64,000 nucleotides of DNA, taken from NCBI GenBank assembly GCA_964016885.1, contig OZ024742.1, positions 130,758,001 to 130,822,000 on the forward strand, in the 5' to 3' direction. This document shows positions 25,154 through 38,760 of the stretch, piece after piece; position 1 is the first letter of the stretch, and the number at the start of each line of letters is the position of its first letter. The notes under the pieces are model-generated. The model searched no databases. It was not told where the DNA came from and worked only from the letters and a program-made list of their open reading frames with translations. Source of the stretch: Eledone cirrhosa (Eukaryota). The position numbers and the translations under genes were made by a program.

Positions 25154-25499
25154 TGTATGTATGTATGTATGTATGTATGTATGTATGTATGTATGTATGT
25201 ATGTACGTACGTATGTATGTATGTATGTATGTATGTATGTATGTATGTATGTATGTATGTATGTATGTATGTATGTTCTTCTGGTTTTATAATTTCACAA
25301 AGTTTTACCAATAGAGAGAGAGAGTCGGTTTCTAGCATAGACACAAGACTCTCTCATTGGAATTTACACAACATCAACTAGGTAGATATGTATGTATGCA
25401 TGCATGTGTAGATATGGATGTTATTGTATGTGTGGATGTGGATGTTTTGAGTTGTATATATGCATGTATATATGCTTTGCATCTGTACATCTGTATATG

Positions 25500-28400
25500 C
25501 AGTTATTAGATGCAAAAGTTTTGGAATGTTTTACATATTTTTACTGTTCCATTCCTAACTAGTTGTGTTCTTTCTGTTCCTGTGAAGCCTAGCTTCTCAA
25601 GATTTGTATTGAGGCAGTTACTAACATACCCCAGTGCCCCAATAATCACAGGCATACATCTGAAGCTCTAATCAGGGTGGAGTATCTGTGTTTTGGCCAC
25701 TACATCATGCCTGATAGGTAAATTGTACCGCGATGACATCTTTGGACAGCTGCTGATGACATGGGTGATATCCTCGATGTTAGTTCTGCAGAGTCTGCAC
25801 TTGTTATCACATCTAGGTGTTTTGCCTGCATCACTATCTCTTTTGTGAATCAGGTATTTCGTGTTAATCTCCTGTTCTTGGATTGCAAAAGCGTATCCTT
25901 CAAAGTGGGAGCCAATATAGCGGTTGTTGGTCTAAGATTTCTGACTTTCACTCTTTTGGGTTCGATAAGTATTGCGTACCATCTAATCAAATTAATCCTC
26001 CACTCACAATTTCTGGACTTGTGTCTAAATTAATATACTATTATTAAGTAGGGGGCTTTGGCAGAATCGGTAGAATGTCGCACAAATTGATTGTGGAATG
26101 CAGCTACGGCTCTTTACGATCTGAGCTCAAATATCACTAAGGTCCATTTTGCCTTTCATCGTAGCTAGGTAAATCAAATAAAGTATATATATTACTCTCA
26201 CTCTGGAGCTTCGTGGCAACATATCCATGCATGAATCTTTGCTGATAAGCATGCAGTTTTTCATCCATGGATTCACTGCGATACTGCTGAGCGACATCCC
26301 TGGGTGTGAGTTTTTGATTATCACACAGGGAATATCTCTCGAGGAGTTCCTTCCCTACTCTCATGATCTTATCTGTTTCATGCAGATAGACTTGCTCGAG
26401 AAACGGGCTCCTACGCTCCGAGGTTCGTAGATGTTGTCGGAAAGATATGATGCGACATTCAAATGTTGTCTGGACTGATGTTAGGCCCTTGCTTACGTTT
26501 CAAGTAAAGGCGGTCTATGTCACTGTTGATGTGGAAGTTTCCGGTGTTGTTTAGTATTTTTCGAGTTCCAACATCAACTGCTCGGATTTCGTCTATCGTC
26601 CAATTGAGTATTCCAAACGTTGGTGTTAGGACAGGCACAGCAAACACATTGTGAGCCACTGTTTTGTTTTGCGCAGAGAGTTCCGATGACCACATTTTTC
26701 TTAATCGGGTGTAGTATTCCCTGGTTACGCGTTCTTTATTACAGATACCATTATAGGATATGTTCTCATCTATCCCCAGGTATCTGTAGCAGTCCTCATC
26801 AGATATCGGTGAAACAGTTAGGCCATTGATGACAATGTTGCTAGATTGGGCTGTTGTTTTTCCCCGCTTTACAGTCATGTATGAGCATTTATCTTGGCCA
26901 AAATCCATTCCTATATCCTTTGAGAACGTTGTAACCAGGTCAAGATTTTTCTTCATTCCATCCATGTTCTTGGCATAGAGTTTCAGATTGTCCACAAAGA
27001 AATTATGGGTTAGGTTCATATTTCTGTCCTCCTGTGAGCCAATGATGTATCCCTCACATTTCTTGAGCAGAAAGGACAAGGGGTTTGATGACAAGATGAA
27101 TAATATCACAGAGAGACTGTCCCCCTGAAATATACCCCTGCAATATTTTATTTTATCAGTGAAAATAGAGTCCTCCCTCTCTGTCTTTAACCTTAGGATA
27201 GTAGCCCAAGAAGAAGACAGCTTCTCTATGGCTCTGACAATAATGTCTGGGACTTTAGCAAGTTGGACGGCCTCTATCATCCAAGAGTGGGGAATAGAAT
27301 CGAAAGCTTTCCTGTAGTCCAGTCAGACTGTAGCCATATTCCTCCTAAGTTATCGCACCTCCGACATCGCAGTTTTGTTGATTAGGAGTTGTTCAGCACA
27401 TCCCCAAACCCCTTTCTTTCCAGCTGCTTGTTCATCTGTGATGATGTTATTATTTTCACAGTGATCTTGGAGGAATAGGTTCAGGCAGGCTGTATACACC
27501 TTATACATCAGGTTCTGGCATGCAATGGGTCGGTAGTTTTTTGCCAAGTGGGTGTCTTTGTTCTTGGGGACCAGTAATGTTTGTGCTAATGTCAACCATT
27601 CTGGTATAAGTGTATCTCCCTTAAGAACTTGTTGGTAGAGGTCAGTAAGATACCTCCGATAGAATATCAGTTTTTTGTGCCAGTAGCCGACAATCATGTC
27701 TCTTCCTGGTGTTTTCTTATATTGGAGTTTTCCTATCACAGTCTCAAGAGTACTCTCACTTATTTCGTATGTTTTTGTTGTAGTGTAGGAGCAATAGTTC
27801 GTTCGGATTTCTCTTAGCCACACTGCATCTTGGTTGAAATTCTTCTTTTCATCCCATATTTTGCTCTAAAAGGAATCTATGTCTTTCTAGGATGGGGCCT
27901 CAGTGACACTTATTATTTTGCCCTTCATAGACTGATGTTTGGTTTCGTGTGAATCTTTTATTAAGCACTTTTTCTCATCTACCTTCTTCAGGTATCGGCG
28001 TTTTTCGCTAACAGCTCTCAATTCTTGTTTGAGGGTGATCAGCTTATATTGGAGAGTTCTGGTTCTACTGTTACCAAACATCGTCTGTATTTTATTTTTC
28101 ACTCTTTGTTGGTGAGGAGTGAGGTTTTTTTTTGTGTTTGTTTGCATGTAAGGAGCATTGTCACATATCCTATGCTTTTTCGTAGGTCAGCAATCTTTTT
28201 TTCTATTTTAGTTATATATGATGGTATTTTTGGTGGTGTTCTGTTCTTGTTAATATCTCTGCTATCGCCAAGATAAGCTTCACTGTCGTTGCTAGGGCAT
28301 ATATAAATGTTGGGGTTTTTATCCGTCGTAAATATTCATCCCCTATTTCGCCAATAACACGTAATATTTCATTATTTGGTTTTTTATTTTTTTATTTTTT

Positions 28401-29085
28401 TTTTTATTAAACATTGTCGTTTTAATACATTCAGCAAGAGAGATATTTATACATGAATTAATTTCTCCCTGGAAGATTTCGTTGAGGGAAAATTTCAATT
28501 GTTTATACTTTTGATTATTATCAATATCGATAGTATTTTCCACAACAGTCGAGGTAGACTCGGATGGTACACGTGGTGCCAAATTTCTTCGATTATTATT
28601 ATTATTTCTTCGATTATTATTATTATCGATAGTGTTTTCCCCAGCATTCGAGGTAGACTTAGATGGTACAGGTGGTGTCAAGTTTCTTACAGGCATAGTT
28701 GTTTCAAGACGCTGTTCGACCTGGCTGCTAGGAAGTCTAGTAGCATAGCGACCTGTAGTACGTGTTGTTAACATGTTTGTTGTGGAGGACTTACAATTAA
28801 TAATATTTATCTTATTTTTACGTTCAACAATCGTCGCTTGTTGGTGTAATTGTTTCGCTGTGAAATAATTTAGCTCTGAGTGCATTTGGTCCCAGTGTAG
28901 CTTCATTCTGTTCATATAGCCAATGGAGGGATTGCTTTTTGTCATTTTATAACAATTAAATAAATCATTATTAAGTTCGCAACTCCAAGAGAAATGCGAT
29001 TTATAATTTCGGTTTCTTCTGTAGCTACAACTGAATAAAGTTTGTTTACCTTCCTTGTTATTTGTCTTCGGTACTTCCTTAATTT
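25500..29085 (-). mobile_element. R4/Dong-type non-LTR retrotransposon, near full length, disrupted
   Basis: GYMNRMKLHW N-terminus; KTPGRD, LLVPK..NYRPIAC, RGIFQGDSLS, FFVDNLKLY, YRYLGI, DIDRLY; C-terminal PVIIGALG; flanked by (TATG)n-type tracts. Confidence 0.92.
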
Positions 29086-29394
29086 TGTATGTATGTGTTA
29101 TGTATGTATGTATGTATGTATGTATGTATGTATGTATGTATGTATGTATGTATGTATGTATGTATGTATGTATGTATGTATGCCTGTATGTATGTATTTA
29201 TATGTATTTATATGTATGTATGTATGCATGTATGTATATTTTTTATGCATGTATGTTTTTATGTGTATATGTATGATCTTTATGTATGCATATATGTGCA
29301 TATGTGCGATTGTATGCATGTATGTATGCTTTTTATGTATGTACGTATGTATGCATATATGTATATATGTATGATCTTTATGTATGTATGTATG

Positions 29395-30470
29395 TTCTCT
29401 CTCTTAATTTTGAGTTTATCTTTGATCGGCCACCTTCCCGGTGGCAAAGATGTAAAGAATAGGAAATTGACGAGGCTGTTTGTGTAAGCCTTCATCCTTT
29501 GCATCATAAGAACCTTTTACAAATTTCGTAGGTTCCAGACATCGCGTCCATTTTAGCTTATGAATTAAGACATTATATCTCTACAAATCAAATGTGATTT
29601 GGCGGTGATTTGGCAGTATGGGTAGAGCGTCGGATATGCTTTCCAGCATAGTTACGTCCCTTTATGATCTGAGTTCAAATCCGGCCGAGGTTAACTTTGC
29701 CTTTCATCCTTACGGGGTCGATAAAATAAAGTACCAGTAATGTACTGGGTAATTGCTGGCCTTGTGCCTAAAATAGAAACAATTATTTCTCTACAAATCC
29801 AAGCTCAGTCGTACTTTGGTCCAGGCAGGTTGATATATGCTCCGGTAATAATAGGTATGAAGCTGAATGTGTATTTTGGATACTGGATCTGCAAACTCCT
29901 CATCAGTTGTCCGTAGGATCCTTCTTCTCTTCCATTTTTCCTGCCGCATTGACATCGAGTGGGTAGCTGACTTCTACAACAGATCATGATTTTAATGTAT
30001 GGTCCCAAATAACAATATCAGACAGGTTGTGCTTTAATTTGTGGCAGTTTTTATTTTTAACTCCCACCAGTATTCCTTTGAGTCATCATTCTCAACATAT
30101 TCGTTTTTATTTGATTTGATTTTCACCTTCCGTAATACATTCCAGATCGTTCTAGTTATCATACCCTGCCTCATGGGGAAGTAGTAACGAGAAGACATTC
30201 TATCACAGTGGGCAATAATGTGACTAATATCTTCAATATTTGTTTTGCACAGCCTACCTTTATTGTCAACTGATGACCTTCTTTTGTGAAGTAGGTAGTT
30301 GGTGACGATTTCTTATTCCTGGATTGCATGAAAATATCCCTGTATGTGGGATATGAACTTTTAGTATGGTCTATCCACACGATGATTTATGTTTTTCGTC
30401 TCAGTGAATTGGTCCATCGTTAAATCTTATTCGAACATTGAGTAGAGTCTTTCAATGTTCCCGAGAGAGA
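29395..30470 (-). mobile_element. R4/Dong-type LINE 3' fragment
   Basis: YGQLMRSLQIQYPKYTFSFIPII and 3' hairpin gccaccgggaaggtggc match ~54510-54785; ends in (TATG)n. Confidence 0.88.
29600..29785 (+). mobile_element. SINE S1 nested in the R4 fragment
   Basis: Near-identical to 22537-22721; flanked by attatWtctctacaaatc on both sides. Confidence 0.93.
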
Positions 30471-31341
30471 GAGAGAGATTTGTATTAGATTTTAGATCAT
30501 ATCTCTCTTCTAAATCAGTGGGATAACACCCAGTTGTTGGTGTTCATTTTCAGCTGACTAGACTGGAGCAGCGCAAACGTTCTATTTTGCTCACGAAAAC
30601 AACGTGTTATCGTGTCTCAAACTCACAGCATTACGATCATAATCTCAACACCCAAACCACTAGGTCATCTGCCTCAGGCCTATATAAGAAGTCATTATTT
30701 AACACCGTCATTTCACGAAAGGTTGCTTGACTTCACATATGCCTTTTAGTTATCCTGTTTGTTAAATATCAATCAAATATAAATTTAATAGCGCTTGCTC
30801 ATTTAATGAACCGAGTCTCATCTCTCCGACCAAAACTTAAAAAAATGAGACTTTAGGTTGTTTTTTTTACTATTGTCCAGGAGCTTCTAGTTGAAAAGTG
30901 TGACGTCGTGATGAAGTTAGTGTTCTGCAGAAAATTGGCAGACTTGCAGTAATTTCATGTTATGAGTATGTAGCATGTCTGCAACTCCGTCAATCTACCA
31001 TCAGCGAGGTCTTCCACTGATTCTGAAGCTCAAACACTTTAGTGCTTTAGACCAGCAGGTCCGACTGTCGAATTGGCATTCTAATCTGGTGACCAACACA
31101 CACATCTTACACGTTGTTGAGCAATGACACGATATGTCAGGTACAATAACAATCATATGCCTAATGTTTTCGTTTTTGAGATAGTCATTCTGATTTCTCG
31201 TAAGAAGAAGAAAAACATGAAAACTTCCCCCACCACCACCACCATAACACAGAGATGAAAATTTTAATGTTACATTTTGAAGAAGATATTGTCAATAGTT
31301 TCAAACAAATATTGACGATAATGATTGCATACGTTATTAAC

Positions 31342-31469
31342 CTAAACTAATATTTGCGTCACTCGGTCTATCACTCCCATCTAAGCACTTGAATGGAGAC
31401 CAGTTTGTTGTTGCAAGCAATCGGACGAGCTCTCTAGTTTGAGTAAAACTTTCTCCATTCCTCCCAGCT
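31342..31469 (-). CDS. Candidate host exon B
   Basis: tattgtcag|AGRNGESFTQTRELVRLLATTNWSPFKCLDGSDRPSDANISL|gttaat; 128 nt, phase 2 to 1. Confidence 0.33.
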
Positions 31470-31759
31470 CTGACAATATAATTAAAAAAATGTCCAAGTA
31501 CTCCATTGTCTGCTCATAAATATTTAAACTGTTTTGTTTCGTATTCCTATGTAATTCATTTCATTAATTTTAACATTAATCCACCACAAAAGTTTTCTAA
31601 AGATTTCTATCTAATTGTGTATGTATGTATGTATGTATGTATGTATGTATGTATGTATGTATGTATGTATGTATGTATTATATGTATTATATGTAATGTA
31701 TAAAATAATAAACAATATGATATATATATATATATATACTGGATATATATATATATGTA

Positions 31760-31817
<58 letters not shown>

Positions 31818-31956
31818 GTGTGTAAACAAAGTTATCTCGAATATCGAGTTTGAAATGCGAGTGTATTAGAATTCGTCGAATAATGAGAAGAAGTCAACGC
31901 AAGGAAGCTGTTAAAACACCAAAATGCCGCCAATGACAACGTCAGGTAATATTTAC

Positions 31957-31994
31957 CTCAAAGGATGGAAATCAGTGGTTAGAAGTGAGTCGGT
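31957..31994 (-). CDS. Candidate host exon A
   Basis: catctctgcag|TDSLLTTDFHPL(R)|gtaaat; 38 nt, phase 0 to 2. Confidence 0.33.
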
Positions 31995-32224
31995 CTGCAG
32001 AGATGACAGGAAGAACGGAGAAAAGGAAGAAATGACAAAAGGAAGAAATGAACAAGAGTAGAACACACAAACATTTATATACACTCATCAGCTTTTAGAC
32101 CGGCTGTGGTTTCACACGATTTAACTATAAGTACTACGTAAAATAGTTGGCTGGGGCAACAGAAAAGTCAATATTTTTGTTGGTATGACATTTGGGTGAG
32201 AAATGAACAGATTATATAGACAGG

Positions 32225-32305
<81 letters not shown>

Positions 32306-32887
32306 AAATGAGTTCGCTCAGCATAAGGTTGCTTTTAAGACCGCAACAAAGGCACTGGCTGCGGAGGTGGTAGCAAGCGGAAGTGACTAGTAAGAGTGGC
32401 GGGTAGGAGGAAATAAAAGAAGTAGTCTCACGCAAACATCATGCCAACAGAAGAAGAAGAAGAAGAAGAAGAGTGAAGGCAATAAATTGTAAGATTTGCA
32501 GGACGTCGGTTGCAATACGTTGTAGTATTCGTTCCGGTTCTCTTTGCCCTGAGGTCAAACCATGCCAAGGTACACTTGTCCTTTCCTACTTTCCAAATCG
32601 ATAAAGTACCAGTTTTGTATTGCACCTAATTCGTTTTCTATCTTGATTTCTCCTTCTCTCTGTAAGAAATTGTCTGTGTCCATAGACGGAGAGGGATGAG
32701 CTCCGTCAGCTTTAAAAGGCCCAAGTGAAGCCAGTGAACAAGACGGCGCTCTGATAACTCCATTAAGATTAAGAAAGAAGCTAGTAATTATTTAAAAAAA
32801 AATATCTGAAATGTCATCTGAAAACTACCAGCTGGCGTAAAATTGAAAAGTAAATGGTCACAATGCAAAAATAGTTAACTTTAATAG

Positions 32888-32955
<68 letters not shown>

Positions 32956-32976
32956 AATACATACATACATACATAC

Positions 32977-33075
<99 letters not shown>

Positions 33076-33289
33076 AAGTTTGCGAGACCACTTTGCTTGC
33101 AGTAGTAATGTTCAAATACTGAACACGCCCGCGCATACCTACACAGGTGTGTGTGTGTGTATGTTTGTGTGTGTGTGTATATATATATATTGTATATTAT
33201 ATATATATCATATATATATAGATATATATGTACTTGTACAACCACACACGCACACATACATACACACACACACACACACATATATATAC

Positions 33290-33374
<85 letters not shown>

Positions 33375-33611
33375 TGTGAGTGTGCATACATCCGTATGCT
33401 TGTCAAAGACGAATTTAGGTTGAAACATCAGAGCCAAATGAATCCTGGGTAGGTGATTTGCTTGCTTGAAGCTGACTGGAGGTTTTCTAATAGCTTCATT
33501 TCCGGGGACTGTTCAGAAGGTGATTTTCACTTTATATTGTTTGATTTGATATTATTATCTAGATTTCTTTAGATTTCAATGACTAGACTGGACAAGACGA
33601 TACATGGGAGT

Positions 33612-33696
<85 letters not shown>

Positions 33697-34097
33697 TGAG
33701 TGAGGATAGAGATCGCGAGGGGGAGAGAAAGAGAGAAGGCATATATATATATATATCTGCCTTCTCTCTTTCTCTCTCCCTCATATAATAATATATACAT
33801 ATATATATATATTAAATGATGATGATGCTGATGATGATATATTTATATATATATATATATATAGATAGATAGGTATATAGATAGCGAGCTGATAGAGAGA
33901 GATTGATAGGCAAACCAGCTTGCGGCCATGATGTTTATGGGGTGGTCGTGGTGGAAGGTAAGGCATCTTATTTAATCTCATTTTATTTCGTCACCTTCTC
34001 TTATTATACACACACATACACACACAAGCAGACACATTCGTATAAAGGCAGGCGCCCACGCATGTATTATTACACACACATACATAAATATCATGTA

Positions 34098-34129
<32 letters not shown>

Positions 34130-34290
34130 ATATATAATATATATATATATATATACACACATATATACACACACACACACACACACATAATATATATATA
34201 TACATATATATGTATATGTATATATATATATAAATATTTATATTTATGTATATATATATGTATATATATATATATGTATATGTATTTGTG

Positions 34291-34331
<41 letters not shown>

Positions 34332-34418
34332 ATATATATATACATATAAATACATATATATATATACCTATATATGTATATGTATATATAAATATATATA
34401 TTTATGTATATATATATG

Positions 34419-34532
<114 letters not shown>

Positions 34533-34860
34533 TTGCGTGTGTTTGTGTTTACAAACAAGGCAAGTGATTTAAGAAACTTTTGAAATGTGAACGCTCTATC
34601 CGGCGTTCATTTACTCGATTTTCTCAACTATATTGTTGTAGTAATCGACTATTATTATGGTTATTTTTGCGTTAGGAATCACACAGTTCAAATATATATA
34701 TCATCATCATCACCATCGTTTAACCTCCGTTTTCCATGCTAGAATAGGTTAGACGGCTTGTCCCATTCGTGGAAAGTTGGGTCAGGTGACCGTATCTTAC
34801 CCATATAGAACTGTTTCTGGCTGTTTCTACGGCTGGATGCCCTTCCTAGCGCCAACCACA

Positions 34861-35826
34861 TTTACAGTGTATGTTGGGTGTTTTTGTCGTGACACCTACA
34901 CGACCACTTTACAGTGTGTGCTGGGTGCTTTTTGTCGTGACACCTACACGACCACTTTACAGTGTATGTTGGGTGTTTTTGTCGTAACACCTACACGACC
35001 ACTTTACAGTGTATGTTGGGTGTTTTTGTCGTGACACATACACGACCACTTTACAGTGTGTGCTGGGTGCTTTTTGTCGTGACACCTACACGACCACTTT
35101 ACAGTGTGAGCTGGGTACTTTTTGTCGTGACACCTACACGACCACTTTACAGTGTGAGCTGGGTGCTTTTTGTCGTGACACCTACACGACCACTTTACAG
35201 TGTGAGCTGGGTGCTTTTTGTCGTGACACCTACACGACCACTTTACAGTGTGTGCTGGGTGCTTTTTGTCGTGACACCTACACGACCACTTTACAGTGTG
35301 TGCTGGGTGCTTTTTGTCGTGACACCTACACGACCACTTTACAGTGTGTGCTGGGTGCTTTTTGTCGTGACACCTACACGACCACTTTACAGTGTGAGCT
35401 GGGTGCTTTTTGTCGTGACACCTACACGACCACTTTACAGTGTGTGCTGGGTGCTTTTTGTCGTGACACCTACACGACCACTTTACAGTGTGAGCTGGGT
35501 GCTTTTTGTCGTGACACCTACACGACCACTTTACAGTGTGAGCTGGGTGCTTTTTGTCGTGACACCTACACGACCACTTTACAGTGTGTGCTGGGTGCTT
35601 TTTGTCGTGACACCTACACGACCACTTTACAGTGTGTGCTGGGTGCTTTTTGTCGTGACACCTACACGACCACTTTACAGTGTGAGCTGGGTGCTTTTTG
35701 TCGTGACACCTACACGACCACTTTACCGTGTGAGCTGGGTGCTTTTTGTCGTGACACCTACACGACCACTTTACAGTGTGAGCTGGGTGCTTTTTGTCGT
35801 GACACCTACACGACCACTTTACCGTG
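34861..35826. repeat. 47/48-bp minisatellite, ~20 copies
   Basis: Unit tttacagtgtgWgctgggtgctttttgtcgtgacacctacacgaccac in direct tandem with no spacers. Confidence 0.98.
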
Positions 35827-37969
35827 TTGGTTGGATATATTTTGTTCATTGTGTAATATATGCGTATATATACATGCACCACACACACACACACATAATA
35901 TAACTGGATACAAATTAACTATATTTCATTTATTTAATCATTTATGCTTCATTCTTTATCACCCATTCATGGGTATCTCTGGATTTGAAGAAGAGTCAAA
36001 CTGAAAATACACGTTCCGCTGTATAAGTAAAGAATAGAAAAACTGAAAAAGAAAAATATACATTTTCTCTCTATGTATTCTCTTTATCACTTCTGCAACT
36101 TATGAATCAAACATTAAACTACCTTTAAAAATATATTTAATTCGTGTTCTCTGAGGCAACAGAGTTTTACTAGAAATGTCAGCAACTTTTATTCCCAATG
36201 GCATGTGAACTAATAAAAAAAACATTGAAAACTTTACTAAATGATTTTTGTTGACGAAAAACAACTACAAGTTTACTCTGATTTCTTTTACTCTGATTTT
36301 TACTCTACGGTTTTTTATATTTACCTATATATAAATCTCATTTAATCAATTTCTAAGAGCAGTACTAACCAAGTAATCAACATCTTTTCAGTTGTCCTGT
36401 AATAACACCCAAGACAGCCCTATAACGTTTGACTTTACAGTAAATATGACAAGAATGCTTCTGTCCTTCAAACTCAATGACAAACACACATTCCAAGGTT
36501 ACCAAACGGAATAAGAACATTTCTCAACAAACAGCTGCCATTTCATTTCCTGTTTTTCTTCTACCACTCTCTTACTTTCTCCATGTCCTTCAGTTCGTCT
36601 CCCCCTCGTCTTCCTCTTCATTGATAACATTTCACACACGTCACAGAATTCCTACTTATCTCGGGAAGGCGGGTGTTATTGTTATGGTGTGTTTGGTGCA
36701 GCTGTTGACTGACTCGAACAACTGGAGATGGACAAGTCATTAACATGTCACTTTACCAATTGAACGTTCGGTGGTTCATATCCCGTCATAGGCTCTGTTA
36801 TATAGTTAGCTGAAAACACTTTTTTTCTATTTTGTTATACATAGGTATTATGACAAGACACAATTCCCTGCTGTAATTTGTGGATGTGCAGTATAGATAA
36901 GGGCCACTTCATACACAACAGGACTGCAGTATATAGATGGTGGCATGGAGTCAAACAACATATGTATACAGGAACACACCCAGATACAAATACACATACA
37001 TATGCCCACAAAATGCGTACGCACACATACACATATACATTTGTAGGTCAGCAGTCAATGACTACCACGATATCTGCTGAGGTTTCCTAGACACGTAAGC
37101 ACGTGTATATTCTTCGGATATTCATTTAAAGTCACAATTAGCTCCCAACAGATCGTTGATAAGCTGGGCTTCCATTCAATATGAAGGGACTCCTAATAAA
37201 ACTTATAGATGGCTGCGATATGGTGGAATGTTGAAAGGTGCTGGGGTAATAAATCTGTTGATGATGGATTACGTTGGCAGGGGAGATAACTTCTTAGTTC
37301 TTTTTGGAATTATATTCTACGTGACTTGATTTAAGCACGAACGGTTCTTGAACTAGGTCAGAAGGAAATCCTTTCGGATTTCTTGTTGAGTGATACCACG
37401 AACTGCTTTAGGATGTAAATCTCGAACAGAATGAAGCGGCAATTATGCAATCTACTGGAGTATGAGGAGCTCTATCGACAATGCTTCAGGTTATATTAGG
37501 ACAGTCCTGTCCTTGGTCCTTCAGCATCCATATCAAATGGAGTATTGAGTTCCTCTTTCTCACGAGCTCCACCTCAAAGAAGATGTTGTCTATAACGCCC
37601 ATTGAAATAATTTCCGGATGTCATCTGGTGGAGTTAGCTCTATATGCCTTGCTTACCGTGATTTTGGAATGTCAGTGTCTACTCAGTGAACAAGAATCTC
37701 GATTTCAGCAATTGGAGGTGGCTGGTTAGGAGAATAGTTAGTGTTAGCTTTTATTTTCATTTGTGACTTGCAAAAACTTTTTAATGTCAAATGTTAATTT
37801 TCGATGCTGGTCTTTCCATTTTTCATGTTGAAGTTTCCACTCTTTTGTTGAATCAGCTCCTCAAGTAACAGTTCTCTATTCAAAGTTAAATATCTAATCC
37901 CGATATAATAAGGATTCACCTGGTGTTTATAATACAATTTCTCAAATCTTAGACTTGAGTCAAGAGAAA

Positions 37970-38175
37970 TAATGATTTCTACTTTAGGCACAAGGCCAGC
38001 AATTTGGAGGAGGGGAAAGTCGATTAAATCAACACCAGTACATTACTGGTGCTTTATTTTCTCGTTCCCAAAGGATGAAAGGCAAATCTAATATTGGCAG
38101 GATTTGAAATCAGAACGTAAAATGTTGCAAAGCATGGTGTCTGACGCTCTACCAACAGTGCCAATCTATCGTCCC
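37970..38175 (-). mobile_element. SINE S1
   Basis: Reverse complement of S1, diverged. Confidence 0.88.
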
Positions 38176-38439
38176 TAATCAAGAGAAATAATGCGTTTAA
38201 AGAGCCGAACCAAGCGTGGCACCTCGGTTGACTAGTGGTAGCGTAATTATTGTTATGTTTAACCACAAATAATCATATATAAACACTGTGTGTCGGTAGT
38301 GGTTTGTTTGTTTATATTTTCAGATATTGCAAACATTGTGACCACAGATTATGTGTAATATCTATGAAATTAACTGTCATTAAATTGGTGGATATGGATA
38401 TATTTTAACCAAATATTCACCGTATATATTTGGCATATA

Positions 38440-38760
38440 TAAGCGCGTAAGTTAGTGGTTAGAGTATTCGGTTCACGATCATAAAATTGTGACTTTGATT
38501 CCCGGCGGCGTGTTTTGTCTTTGAGCAGGACACTTTATTTCACGTTACACCTGTCCCCTCAGCTGGCAAAAATGAGTTGTACCTGTAATTCGAAGGGGCT
38601 GTCACGTCACATTCTGCGTCACACTAAATCTCACTGAGAACTGTGTTAAGGTTATGCATGTCTGTGGAATGCTCAGCCACTTGCATGTTAATTTCAAGAG
38701 CAGGCTGTTCCGCTAATCGTATCAACTCAAACACTCGTCGTAGTAACCGATATAGTGCCA
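38440..38760 (+). mobile_element. tRNA-derived CORE-like SINE, family S2
   Basis: ttagtggttagag A box, ttgattcc B box, ttgagcaggacactttatttcacgtt central motif; similar copies at ~30530-30680 (-), ~39150-39290 (-), 51977. Confidence 0.75.

Noticed and set aside
34861-35826. CRISPR array or 300-aa repeat proteins
   Set aside because: Units are contiguous with no unique spacers, no cas genes, eukaryotic context; ORFs follow from the 48-bp period.
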